Part shown: positions 13,180-24,412 of the stretch, in pieces
Layout: every line of letters begins with the position of its first letter
Numbering within the stretch: the first letter of the stretch is position 1
Origin: Lama glama
Taxonomy: Eukaryota
Assembly (NCBI GenBank): GCA_028534125.1
Contig: CM052816.1
Span: 74,154,001-74,218,000 of the forward strand
Length of the DNA: 64,000 bases
Direction: 5' to 3'
Position numbers and translations under genes: made by a program
Notes under the pieces: model-generated
Databases searched by the model: none
What the model saw: only the letters and a program-made list of their open reading frames with translations
Told to the model about the DNA's origin: nothing

Positions 13180-13627
13180 ATGCCTGGGTCACTTCCTTTG
13201 AATGCAGAAGCCTGCTGGCCAAAAGATGTGGGAATTGTTGCCCTTGAGATCTATTTTCCTTCTCAATATGTTGATCAAGCAGAGTTGGAAAAATACGATG
13301 GTGTAGATGCTGGAAAGTATACTATTGGCTTGGGCCAGGCCAAGATGGGCTTCTGCACGGATAGAGAAGATATCAACTCTCTTTGCATGACTGTGGTTCA
13401 GAATCTTATGGAGAGAAATAGCCTTTCTTATGATTGCATTGGGCGGCTAGAAGTTGGAACAGAGACGATCATCGACAAATCAAAGTCAGTGAAGACTAAT
13501 CTGATGCAGCTCTTTGAGGAGTCTGGGAATACAGACATAGAAGGGATAGACACGACTAATGCGTGCTATGGAGGCACAGCTGCTGTCTTCAATGCTGTCA
13601 ACTGGATTGAGTCCAGCTCTTGGGATG
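13180..13627 (+). CDS. HMGCS1: HMGCS1 coding exon 1 (exon begins 13170)
   Basis: AG acceptor ends 13169; ATG 13180; TTNACYGG motif; donor GATG|GTATGT. Confidence 0.97.
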
Positions 13628-16600
13628 GTATGTTACACGTTATTCCAAAGAAACTCTTCCTGCAGATGAATTAGACCCAAATGACCTTTTAATTAATGCC
13701 ATATGCAGACTTACCAGTTATGCTTGTTTGAATATGTTCAGAAAGATAGCTGTGACTTTCAGTTTATCTGAATTATGAACTGGTTATCTTTATCATGTAG
13801 GACAAAATTATCAAAATTCAGTCAGAGTATTTTTTTTCTTTACCAAAGATAGGGAAAGGATATTCTGGGAAAATATAACAGATTCAGTTTATATGTATGA
13901 TATTTAGAGCGTTGCTCACCTTCTTGTGTACTAACAAAAAAGTATTTTTCAGGACGGTATGCCCTGGTAGTTGCAGGGGATATTGCTGTATATGCCACAG
14001 GAAATGCTAGACCTACGGGTGGAGTTGGAGCCGTTGCTATGCTAATTGGGCCAAATGCTCCTTTAATTTTTGAACGAGGTGAGTGTTTGAGGAAGTATTT
14101 TTTTTTAATTGCATAATATACTGAGAAATTTGAAAATAAAAATAGAAACTAAGTTCTCGGTCAGTGTTCATTAAACGCAGGCACTACCTGCTAAGTGCGT
14201 TACGTTTGTTCTTGTATTTCGGCTTCATAGCAGTTGTGCAAGGTAAGTGATGTCACCCCCGTTTCACAGGGGAGTAAAATGGGTTGAAGTAGGGTTTAGG
14301 TAATAACTGGAAGAAGTAACTTGCCCTTGGTTGTACAGTGATTTTTTTTTTCCTGTTCAGTAGAGCAATTGTGATCTCCCAGTTAGGTGTGTGAAACTTG
14401 CATGAGATGTTGTCTTTCGAAGGAGTCTTAGGTCTGTCCGTGACTACTGTTAGGTTTCCATTACATATTGGTTCCACCTTGTGATTTCTATTCTGCAAGT
14501 GGGTTGACTAGATTTAAGCAAAGTTCCCAGATAATGCAATATGCTTATTAATGTACATCGAGAAGCAGAAATACATGGACATCTTCCTTTTTTGTTCTAA
14601 TAGGACTTCGTGGAACACATATGCAACACGCCTATGACTTTTACAAGCCTGATATGCTGTCTGAATATCCTATAGTAGATGGAAAACTCTCCATACAGTG
14701 CTACCTCAGTGCATTAGACCGCTGCTATTCTGTCTATCGCAAGAAGATCCATGCCCGGTGGCAGAAAGGTAGGTTTTATCTCCTTTCCTTGGTTTTGGTA
14801 TCTGTTGAGGGCAGTGTAACTGAGTGTCTCTAGTGAGAAACTGCTTCGTGGGCATCCCTCATTAGTGTCCTTTAACCATTTCTTCCTCACCCACCAAACA
14901 GCAGTTTTCCCATAGTTTCTGGGACTGTGTTATTTAGGAGAACAGGTAAGCTTTGGAAATGAGGTATATTTCTGTAGAAATACTTAGATTGAATTACCCC
15001 TAGTGAGAAAATTAAAAGTAGGCTAAAAGAAAATAACTTGAATTTTGTTCCTATTCTGAACAAAGAAGTATTTTCACAAGGTTTTAATTTATAGCTGTGA
15101 TCCAGAGAGTAAATTACTGAAGTGATCCCCCTCCCCTCATGGTCTGTTTGCACCAGACCTGTCAATTCACACTTGCTTTTTTAGTGTCATCATCAATCTC
15201 CATGTTTGACTCTGAGAACGTTTTCGAGATACTAAAAAGGACAGTATTTGAATTAATGCTATTAAAACAGACAGTATCGTATAAAGTATGCTTTTTCCAT
15301 CATCCAACTTTGCTTTATAGAGGTTTTAAGAGAGGGTTATTCAATAACACATGTTAGGAAACATAATGGCTCTGGATAAGAAGCATTCTTGCAGTATGTA
15401 AAATGTACTGTTTAATAGTATTTAACAGTACAGTAATTTTCTGTCTTTTTATCAGGATGCACAGTAAGAAGTGCACTTTACATTTTATGTGCAGTTAAAC
15501 TGAAACAGAAGGGTCCTGAAATTACCTGCCCGTGTTGCGGGTTATGCAGTTTGCTGTTTTCTACTCTACTCTGTTTCATTTAAAAATATGTACTTGCCCT
15601 GACCCACTAAACTGATTACACAACCCATTAATGGGTTCTATCTCTGGATGTCTTTTTGATAAGCATTTTAAACCATAGAGATACTTTATTATATAGAGTA
15701 TTTTTTGTTGCTGCTCAAAGATACTAAAGCATCCTCGTCCTGTTCTAAAATCAAACTTTAAAAGTTAGTGGCTTAAATGAATTTCATAATTTCTTTGGGT
15801 TTCTCTTTCAGAGGGAAATGATAAAGATTTCACCTTGAATGACTTTGGTTTCATGATCTTCCACTCACCCTATTGTAAACTGGTTCAGAAATCTCTAGCG
15901 CGGATGTTGCTGAATGACTTCCTTAATGACCAGAACAGAGATAAAAATAGTATCTATAGTGGCCTAGAAGCCTTTGGGTAAGAGGAGTTAAGACTTTTTT
16001 TTTCCTTCTTTGTGAGAGTGTTTTTTATATGTTATACCACTGTTTGTACAGACGTGAAAATTTTAGAGTCAAAAGAAAGCATCTTGTCTAACCTATTTAT
16101 CTCATCAGTGAGTCCCAGAAAGGTGGTAGCTTACCTACATGATTCTTTAGTCATTTCTACCCAGATTTTCTGATTCCCTCCTTTTAGATCCATTCCCTTT
16201 GTCACCAGGATACTGCAGCCCCACAGTGCCTCTATTTATACGACAGCCTCTTAGCCCTTCCCTCAGCCTCTCCTGAGCCCCATGCCCATATCAACCCTGC
16301 ATTCAGCCACTGCTGAAGCCTACATTTATACTCCTTCCACACTTTCCCCGCTTTTAGGGCTCCTTAGCATGCTGTGCCTGTTAAAGTCATTGTTTCTTCT
16401 TTCCTGTGTCCCTTCTCTATCTGATAAAATTCTATTCAACTTTTTAAGACTTGGCTCCTGTAATATCATGATTTTTCTAGCTAAATAGACATTATTGTGG
16501 ACTTGAAATAGTAGTATAGTGTTTGATGGTGACAGATCTTTAGTGGATAATTAGCCTATTAGAATTAACTTGTCTTAACTTGATTATACAAAACTTTCAG

Positions 16601-19600
16601 GAAGAAAGACCATATGTATACAACTGTTACGTCTTTCCTAGCAATTAGCTGCTACTTGGCTTTTAATAAATGGGAAAACAAATTATATACATTTATGGTT
16701 AGAATGTTAGTTAGATCCTAAATAAAGAATAAAAATGTAGCCTTTGAGCACTGTAAGATTGTCTTTTTCCTAAATCTTTCAGGGATGTTAAATTAGAAGA
16801 TACCTACTTTGATAGAGATGTGGAAAAGGCATTTATGAAGGCTAGTTCAGAACTCTTTAATCAGAAAACAAAGGCATCATTACTTGTGTCAAATCAAAAT
16901 GGAAATATGTATACATCTTCAGTATATGGTTCCCTTGCTTCTGTTCTTGCACAGTAAGTATAAATTTCAGCTGCTTACTCCCCTTGTTTGGAGATGTTAG
17001 ATTTCAAAGACCAGATCTGGTGTTGGGCATGTTGGTGGCAGGTTGCAGAATGATATTTTATTTCCAGGTTCTCTAGCCTATTGTCTGTTGACTTGAAGAA
17101 CATATGGGGTGAGGCTACAGTTATTCCAGAGTATTTAATTTTATACTAGCTTTCCTGGCTGCTGTTCTCATGGTCTTACTATTCTTGACCTACAGTTGAA
17201 CCGTAAATCCCCAGTTGACAAACTACCTTATTTTATGGCAAAACTTTCATACACCCATCATTCCCAGAGAGATGAGAACTCTTGTTTTCAGTCTGCTTAC
17301 TGTAATAGTCAAGCTATAGGTTAGATCCCTGGGCTTAAGATGAATTTTATTCCAACTGATGGTTTTCCACCCATTGTAGAAGGATCAGTTGAACTTTTTA
17401 ATAGTTTTTTCTCCTCCTGCACAGGTACTCACCTCAGCAGCTGGCGGGAAAGAGGATTGGCGTGTTCTCTTATGGCTCTGGTTTGGCTGCCACCCTGTAC
17501 TCCCTCAAAGTTACACAAGATGCCACGCCAGGTAAATGCTGAGTCTTTCAGTAAGAGTGTCTTGATAACTTACAGTGGTAAGGTTGACTGAGCAGGCTTC
17601 TCAAGTGAGCACTTGAATCTGTCTGTGGTTCATTACAACATTTTAATCTTCATGCTTCTTTCAATATAATCTTTCAAAATCTGCCTTAACTGGATAAAGG
17701 GCAGGATTATGTCTCAGTCAGAATGTCTTGTTTCCCTCCTTTCAAGTCAGAAAAAATACATAATCAGCTTAATTTTTTTTTATGGCATAGTGCTTGACTT
17801 TGCCGTCTTTGGCAAGTAATTTTATTTTATCATTTATCTCATTTTTTAAGCATGTGTAGCCAGGGAATGTAGGTAGGGAAAGGAAGCAAATCAGTTTAAC
17901 TCAGGCAGCTTTTGAGTCTTCGCACTGATGACCGAGTCTGATCCTGAGTGAATAATACCAAGTCATTTCTTGTTTGTTTGGTTGTGTACTAAGTTACCTA
18001 ATGTTTATAGGGTATGGTCTTGGCTGTACTTAAGGACAATATGGTGCCTTCCCTGAGCAGGAAGAAGCAATATGGAGAAAAACTGGTGGAAGACTTGACA
18101 TTACTCTGAAACTATTATGTTATTTATAGTTTCAAATCCCAGCTACTTCCTAACTTGTCTACTGGCTGATACTGAACAGACGTACAATCAGAGGTCATAG
18201 GAAGCTGTGCCAAATAAATAACATCTTATCTTTTAACTGAAACAATAGCCAGTAGTTCTAAAAGAAATGAAGTTGTTTTTCCATTTGGCAATGTTTTGTT
18301 TAGGCTCTGAGGCATGCTATTTTTAGTCTTTTAATGTTGGAATTATTTACTATTTTAGGGTCTGCTCTTGATAAAATAATAGCAAGTTTATGTGATCTTA
18401 AATCAAGGCTTGACTCAAGAACTTGTGTGGCACCAGATGTCTTTGCTGAAAACATGAAGCTCAGAGAAGACACTCATCACTTGGGTAAAAATATTGAATT
18501 GTTAATATACACCCAAAAGCCTGTTGAAGGTCTATAATAACATTAAACATGTTACATATAAGATAAAGATGTCCAGATATCTATTCAGTACATACCTGAT
18601 GTTGGTGCAAATTGTAGGGAATATGCAACTTTTTTAGTTTTATTACCAGATGAGTTGTATGTCATGACTAATTTTTCATATTCTCTTCCTTTCCTTTAGG
18701 CAACTATATTCCCCAGAGTTCAGTTGATTCACTCTTTGAAGGAACGTGGTACCTAGTTCGAGTGGATGAAAAGCACAGAAGGACTTACGCTCGGCGCCCC
18801 TCTCCGAATGATGACACTTTGGATGAAGGGGTAGGACTCGTGCATTCAAGCACAGCAGCTGAGGTAGATACAGCTCATTGTGTTTGGTCTTGGGCATTGA
18901 CAGGGTAGGGAATTTCCATCCCCAGATCCCAGGGCTTTGGGGACCTAACTGAGATTCAGCATCTTAAAGGAATGTCAGTAAAGCAGAGTAATTCAGAGCC
19001 GGGACTCCGAGATGAGATTGCGGCTGTGCCATTTTCCAATTATATAAAGTGGCTTGCATTTAAATTAGGATTTTTAAAGTGCACCGTAAATACTAGGTTG
19101 TATTAATAATACTAGAATTTAAAGGAAAGTGGATCTGGAGAGAAGGCTCACTGTGGTATGTGTCTTGGTGAGAGATGAAGTAGAGGCAGCGGCTCGTTAA
19201 GCCCCTCACATCTCTTCTCTCAGGGCATTCATTGTCTAACCTGTCTCCAGATTGTCAGGAAGGAGCACTAATAGCTATGATACAAATTCTATTACGTGCC
19301 GGCCACTTTTTACCTTTTCTAACTTAATGCTTATCAAAACTTCCCTGAGGTAAGTGATACTTTGCCCATTTTAGGGATGAGGCTCAAAGAAGTTAAATGA
19401 CTTGATCAGGATTCTTGATGACTTAAGCCAGGCTTCAAACTGAGAACTTTAAAACCTTGAAGTTATTTATCTTATCTACTGATCACAAACTTGCTAACTG
19501 CATAGTCCTGCTTCTTGGGGTAACAAGTTAAGCCACAAGTGTTTGAGTTGCAAATGCAAGACATAAGAAGTACTGTGTATGGTGGGTCTCTGTGGCCTTG

Positions 19601-19904
19601 CACTCTCTTGCTACAGGGATAATGATATATAAGCTCAGCATAAGGTAAAGAATTGATACATAGTTCCCTCCATGAAAGGTTATACAGAATGTATATTTAG
19701 CATAAACCTCTCCAAAGTTGTCCTCTCTCAGTTTTTCTATTAGAACTTGAATTAGCAGCATGATTCTTCCTAAAAGATGCATAAGAGGCAACGACTTTTT
19801 TCTTTTGATTTTAGCATATTCCAAGTCCTGCTAAGAAAGTGCCAAGACTCCCTGCAACAGCAGCAGAACCAGAAGCAGCTGTCATCAGTAACGGGGAGCA
19901 CTGA
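13180..19904 (+). CDS. HMGCS1: Hydroxymethylglutaryl-CoA synthase 1, cytosolic (520 aa), spliced CDS
   Basis: join(13180-13627,13953-14078,14604-14768,15812-15977,16783-16953,17425-17531,18359-18484,18700-18863,19815-19904) = 1563 nt; all introns GT-AG with consistent phases; [18 protein letters not shown]...[10 protein letters not shown]95 (13462), C129 (13564), H264 (15862); no mitochondrial presequence, so not HMGCS2. Confidence 0.98.
13953..14078 (+). CDS. HMGCS1: HMGCS1 coding exon 2
   Basis: [23 protein letters not shown]...FER; 126 nt; AG/GT flanks. Confidence 0.96.
14604..14768 (+). CDS. HMGCS1: HMGCS1 coding exon 3
   Basis: [16 protein letters not shown]...RWQK; 165 nt. Confidence 0.96.
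15812..15977 (+). CDS. HMGCS1: HMGCS1 coding exon 4
   Basis: [27 protein letters not shown] (H264); 166 nt. Confidence 0.96.
16783..16953 (+). CDS. HMGCS1: HMGCS1 coding exon 5
   Basis: [17 protein letters not shown]...[18 protein letters not shown]; 171 nt. Confidence 0.96.
17425..17531 (+). CDS. HMGCS1: HMGCS1 coding exon 6
   Basis: [35 protein letters not shown]; 107 nt. Confidence 0.96.
18359..18484 (+). CDS. HMGCS1: HMGCS1 coding exon 7
   Basis: [20 protein letters not shown]...EDTHHL; 126 nt. Confidence 0.96.
18700..18863 (+). CDS. HMGCS1: HMGCS1 coding exon 8
   Basis: [32 protein letters not shown]...TAAE; 164 nt. Confidence 0.96.
19815..19904 (+). CDS. HMGCS1: HMGCS1 last coding exon
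   Basis: [32 protein letters not shown]; 90 nt. Confidence 0.96.
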   Translation, partial: HIPSPAKKVPRLPATAAEPEAAVISNGEH

Positions 19905-21191
19905 GATACTCCCATGAGGTGGAAGACGTCAGCGTGGGGCTGGGTGGGGGGTATGTATGGGAACAGTTGCGGGATGGGATGTCTGGAGACAATTTTAGAG
20001 GATTACATGTTGCTTAAATTTTTATGTGACTGACATGGAGCCTGGAAAACTATCGTGTTCTCGGGAAAGTCTCTTTGTTCAATTTGCTAATAACACGCTT
20101 CCTATTGTGGTCTAGCCAGCGCTTAATGTACTCGAATGATGTTAAGGGCTCTATAAAACTTCATACCTCTCTGGCCATTTGTATGCATGAAGCTTAATTT
20201 TTAAATGTGGTGTGATGAATCGTGTGCTTCTGGCAAAAAAAAGCAGAGGTACTTGTCTCCAATTTTAATTTTTTTTTAACATGTAAGAATTTTATACTTT
20301 GAACAAACAAGATTACTGAAAGTTCCTGTGGTTTTTGAAAAAAGTTTCTAGTTTAGGGAATATGGTCTTAATGTGATATGCACAAACTGTTTGAAAATGG
20401 CAAGACAAACACACTCTTTTTCTAAAATTTATAAATTCTGAAGAGAGAATAGCTGGGGACGGTAACACTGGTTCTGGAAACTGTTGCTTTTAATCCAGGC
20501 CAGTAGTGACTTCTGAGAACAGAGAGATGCTAGCATTGAGCAGATGTCTGGTACAGAAAACACGGTACCTTTGGGAACTGTGGATGTAGCTCTAGGTCTG
20601 CTCCTGACTCAGTTCAAGGTGTATTTTGCTGAATAACATCGAGATGTTATTGGAGCTGTATATGAGGAAGTGTTGTTGCAGTCCTTCTTTGCACCTTTTG
20701 AAGCATAAACAAAACATTTTTCTGGCTGCCTTTTAAAAATTTTAAACAAAAGGAAGGATAGGGGCAGGGCATTATTAGGTTATTTCTGATGCCTCAGTAT
20801 TATAAATTCAGCTTGAAGACTGACAAGCTAAATTCATGTTGTAAGTATTCTTTTCTTTTTTTGTTTTTTGTTTTTGTATCTGTTCAATGAAGATTAAAAG
20901 GTACAACCCAAGTTTTTACGTAGTATGACCAGCCAAAAAGTATTCCGCTTCAAGGTCTGGAGGTAGGATTTATAAAGCATTTTCTTAGACTTTCACCTTA
21001 AAAAAACCAACAAAAACTATCACATGGGATGAATAAGATGACTGATTAGACAGTTTTGTAGATCTTTCTGGTGCTGATCTATGACATGAGCCTTATAGAT
21101 TGTAAAATAGAGATGGTTGGAACTAATGTACAGAATTAAATTTTTTTAAACTTTATTTGCTGTTAAATTCTGTGACGTTTCAGTTATCTAA

Positions 21192-21572
21192 AATAAACTT
21201 CCACAAATATGAAATGAAATGTTTCAGATTGCAAGGTAATCTGTAATGTAGTGTTTGTAAAATAATCTTTGTCTAATATTAACTGGTGGTGTTTTGTACA
21301 GTCATAATTTGTTAAAATGACTTCATTTTAACATCTACTGATGTAGATTAATAATGTAAGCTCAGATTTAAAGATTGGTGGGAAAATGGTGCATGTAATA
21401 CTTTTGCAAGTATTGGGAGTTTGGTATGTTTTGAAGAGAGTAATTTAACTTTTGGGTGTCAGGAAATGGGTTTTCTCACAGTCCATTGCCGGCAATGGGC
21501 AGACCTAGTAATACTGGCACAGAGCATTAACCATACACCTTATTAACAGTGAGGTGAATAACTTTGAATAAA
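21192..21572 (+). terminator. HMGCS1: HMGCS1 tandem polyadenylation signals
   Basis: AATAAA at 21192-21197 and 21567-21572, each followed by U/GU-rich sequence. Confidence 0.7.
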
Positions 21573-23918
21573 GTTTTAGAGAAATATTTCAGATATTTGA
21601 GTATTCTTTTTCCCTCCTGATTTAATAGTTTAAGCAAGGAATCAGCTAATAGTGTATTTTAAAATATAGGCATTCATTTCATTCCGGTTCATTAATTCAC
21701 TAACTCATTCACGCATCATTCAACAGAAATTCGAAAACCTGATACGAACAGGGTACTCTGCCTGAGTCAGAAATAAAGATTTACAAGATATGGTCTTGCC
21801 TTGAAGGAGCTGTTTGTCTAGTATGAAGGAATTTATATGGATAGTTTTTTCTTACACTTCAAACATAGAAGTTAATTCACAAGTTGAGTGGTAAGCATGT
21901 ATAAATTTTGCCATAAATACTTGTGAAGAGAGTTGCTGTGTTTTCCTAAAAGCAACCTAAGATAAAGAGTTGGCAATTAAGCATTAAAAGCAAGTTTTAT
22001 AGCCAGTATAGAACTGCCTAAATCATCTTGCGCCTCCAGCCTAAGGGTCACAGGGCACTGGTGCTCCCAGAGGTTTTACAGAGAGAATTTTGGCATTGGC
22101 AGTAATATTGGACTAGATAATCTCAGTCTCTATCAGCTCTTAGGATTGTATGAATTAGGAATTAAACCAGATTTTCTGGTACTGATCAGCTATTTTATCA
22201 TGATGTCATGTCTAGATTGAATACTGAGTAATAATTTCTTTTCTGGGCCAGTCTCCTATTTCTCTGGGTCACTTAGAAGATGAGGCCAATGTTCTCTAAT
22301 TCTGCAATTCTAGCAATTCTAGATCCAAATTCTGCAATTTAATTCTAGGATCCTAATTAATACGGCTTTAACAATTCTATCCCTCCCCTTCTCCTTTTTG
22401 GAATTTGTGCACTTTTTTTTTCTCCACCTTCTGGGTTTTGTTTATTTTATGAACAGTAATGAATATATAGGATTAACACTGGGCAGAAATCAAACAGTTG
22501 CAAAACAGCTACTTTTGACCCTCCTGTGATTTAGTTAAAAACACTTCATCTCGTATCTGCTGTTTGAGTTGTTCTGAAACACTATGAAGTGGAAGTTGGG
22601 AGAGCAAGGAATATAACAAGATCTTCAAACAATTTAGAGCTATGTAATCTTGACATAAAGGTAAACACTTAAATTTGTAGCAGCTGCTCTTAATTAAATC
22701 ATAGTTTCCAATTTTTGTCCTAATTGATGGTGGAAGGAAATAAATGACCTGTGATTTTTTTCCCTCAAATTATTACAAAGGCAGTACTGTGGTGCTAAAG
22801 ATTATGAATACCAATCCTCAGGAAGTTTATGTATCATCAAGGCTCAGGCTTATAATAATAAATGCATTTTCATTTTAAATGTTTAGAAGTAAAAAACAAG
22901 GAATTCATCTTTTACTTTTGCCTTACTTCATCAATGTGCAGGTATCTATAGTAAAAATAAAAAAAGGGTTTTGAACTAATTTTGCAAAAGCTTCCCTTTG
23001 CCTCCAGGTCTTTTTATATGCTATTAAACTAGCACCACCAACCCATCTTAGCAAAATCTTGTTGATCTTTGGGGTCTCAGCTCAAGATTTGCTTCCTCCC
23101 TGAAGGCTATCTGGACTACCTTACTCAGTAGTAAGCAATTCTCACCCTATGTATCAAATTCCTTACTGGCTTGCAAAGTGCTGAGAGATCTGACCTTGCC
23201 TGCTGGAGCTCAGCACTACACCCACTAAGGCTTACTATGTTTTCATCCACCCTGTCTTCGTTCCTCTAACGTGCCAAGTTTATTGCAGCCTTAGAGCCTT
23301 TGATCTATGCATCAGAAACCTTGGGCCCCACATCAGTCCTCTGCCTGCCTTATTCTCTAGCCACAGTAGTGGCAACTGCATACAGTCTTTGACCAGGATC
23401 TCAGAGACTGATGGCACCTCCCTCTGGAGTCCTGCTACCTACACCTCGCTTTCGTCTCACAGTGATGCAGGATTCCCACAGGAGTCATCTGGTACTCAAA
23501 ATTTCACAGCCCAGGAGTGCAGAGAAGTTAAGTTCCCGTGAGGCCACCCTTAACCAAGAATGGACCCTTCCTTACTTGCTAGTAGATAAATGCTTCCTCC
23601 TTTCCCTCCCCTGGGCAGACACTTCTGAGAAGTACTCCAGAAGTTGCCTCAGAAGATCCTGCAGCATCAACTACCAGTTGCCTCTGGCCCGTTTGGCAAT
23701 ACATCCTTATATTGGCTTGCCTCTTTTACATTTCACTCCTGCATCATGGGATCATTAACCACATAAATGACTTGCAAGCTTTTGTTTCATGCTCTGTTCT
23801 TTTGGAGAATGCAGGCTAATACAATTGGTACCTAGAATAGCCCTATAAAGCAGACCTTCAGGATAGGAGGTTGGAGCTGGTTTACTGACCAGTCATGACA
23901 AAAACCCTGTTGCTGTTT

Positions 23919-24412
23919 GTAGTAGACAGAATGGTCCCCTCACCCACCAAAGATCTCCCTCCACCTCTGGGATCTGTGAATTTGTTACCTGACACGGCAA
24001 AAGCAAATGTGAATAAGGTTGAGGACCTTGAGATGGGGAGATTATCCTAGGTTGTCTGGATAGGCCCAAACTATCACAGGGGTCCTTAAAAGCAGAGAAC
24101 CTTGCTGGACTGTGGACAAAGGGATATGTGACTATAGAAAGATGATCAAAGAGGTGGAATGTTGCTGACTTTGAAGATGGGGGAGGGGGACCACCAGCCA
24201 ATGTGGGCCACCTCTAGAAGCAGGAAAAAATGAGAAAATGGGTTCTCCCCTAGAGTCCCCAGAAAAGAGCCCAGCCCTGATGGCCACTGTGATTTTAGCC
24301 CGAAGAAATCCATGATGGACTTCTATCTCACCGAACTGTCAGATAATAAATGTATGTTGTTTTAAGCCACTACATTTGTGGTAGTTTGTTAGAATATCAA
24401 CAGAACACTAAT
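23919..24412 (+). mobile_element. MaLR solo LTR (MLT1D-like) nested in the ERVL
   Basis: 'tgtagtagacagaatggtcccc...gagatggggagattatcc...ataataaatgtatgttgttttaagccactacatttgtggtagtttgtta'. Confidence 0.8.

Noticed and set aside
13953..16953. circHMGCS1 back-splicing
   Set aside because: Circular isoforms are reported in human, but I found no clear flanking inverted repeats here to support one.
19902..20034. HMGCS1 stop-codon readthrough extension
   Set aside because: Frame stays open ~40 codons, but TGA-GAT is not a readthrough context (TGA-CTA) and the G-rich sequence explains the lack of stops.
22295..22360. Short degenerate (AATTCTRG/C) tandem repeat
   Set aside because: Slippage-type low complexity with no spacer structure; not CRISPR-like.
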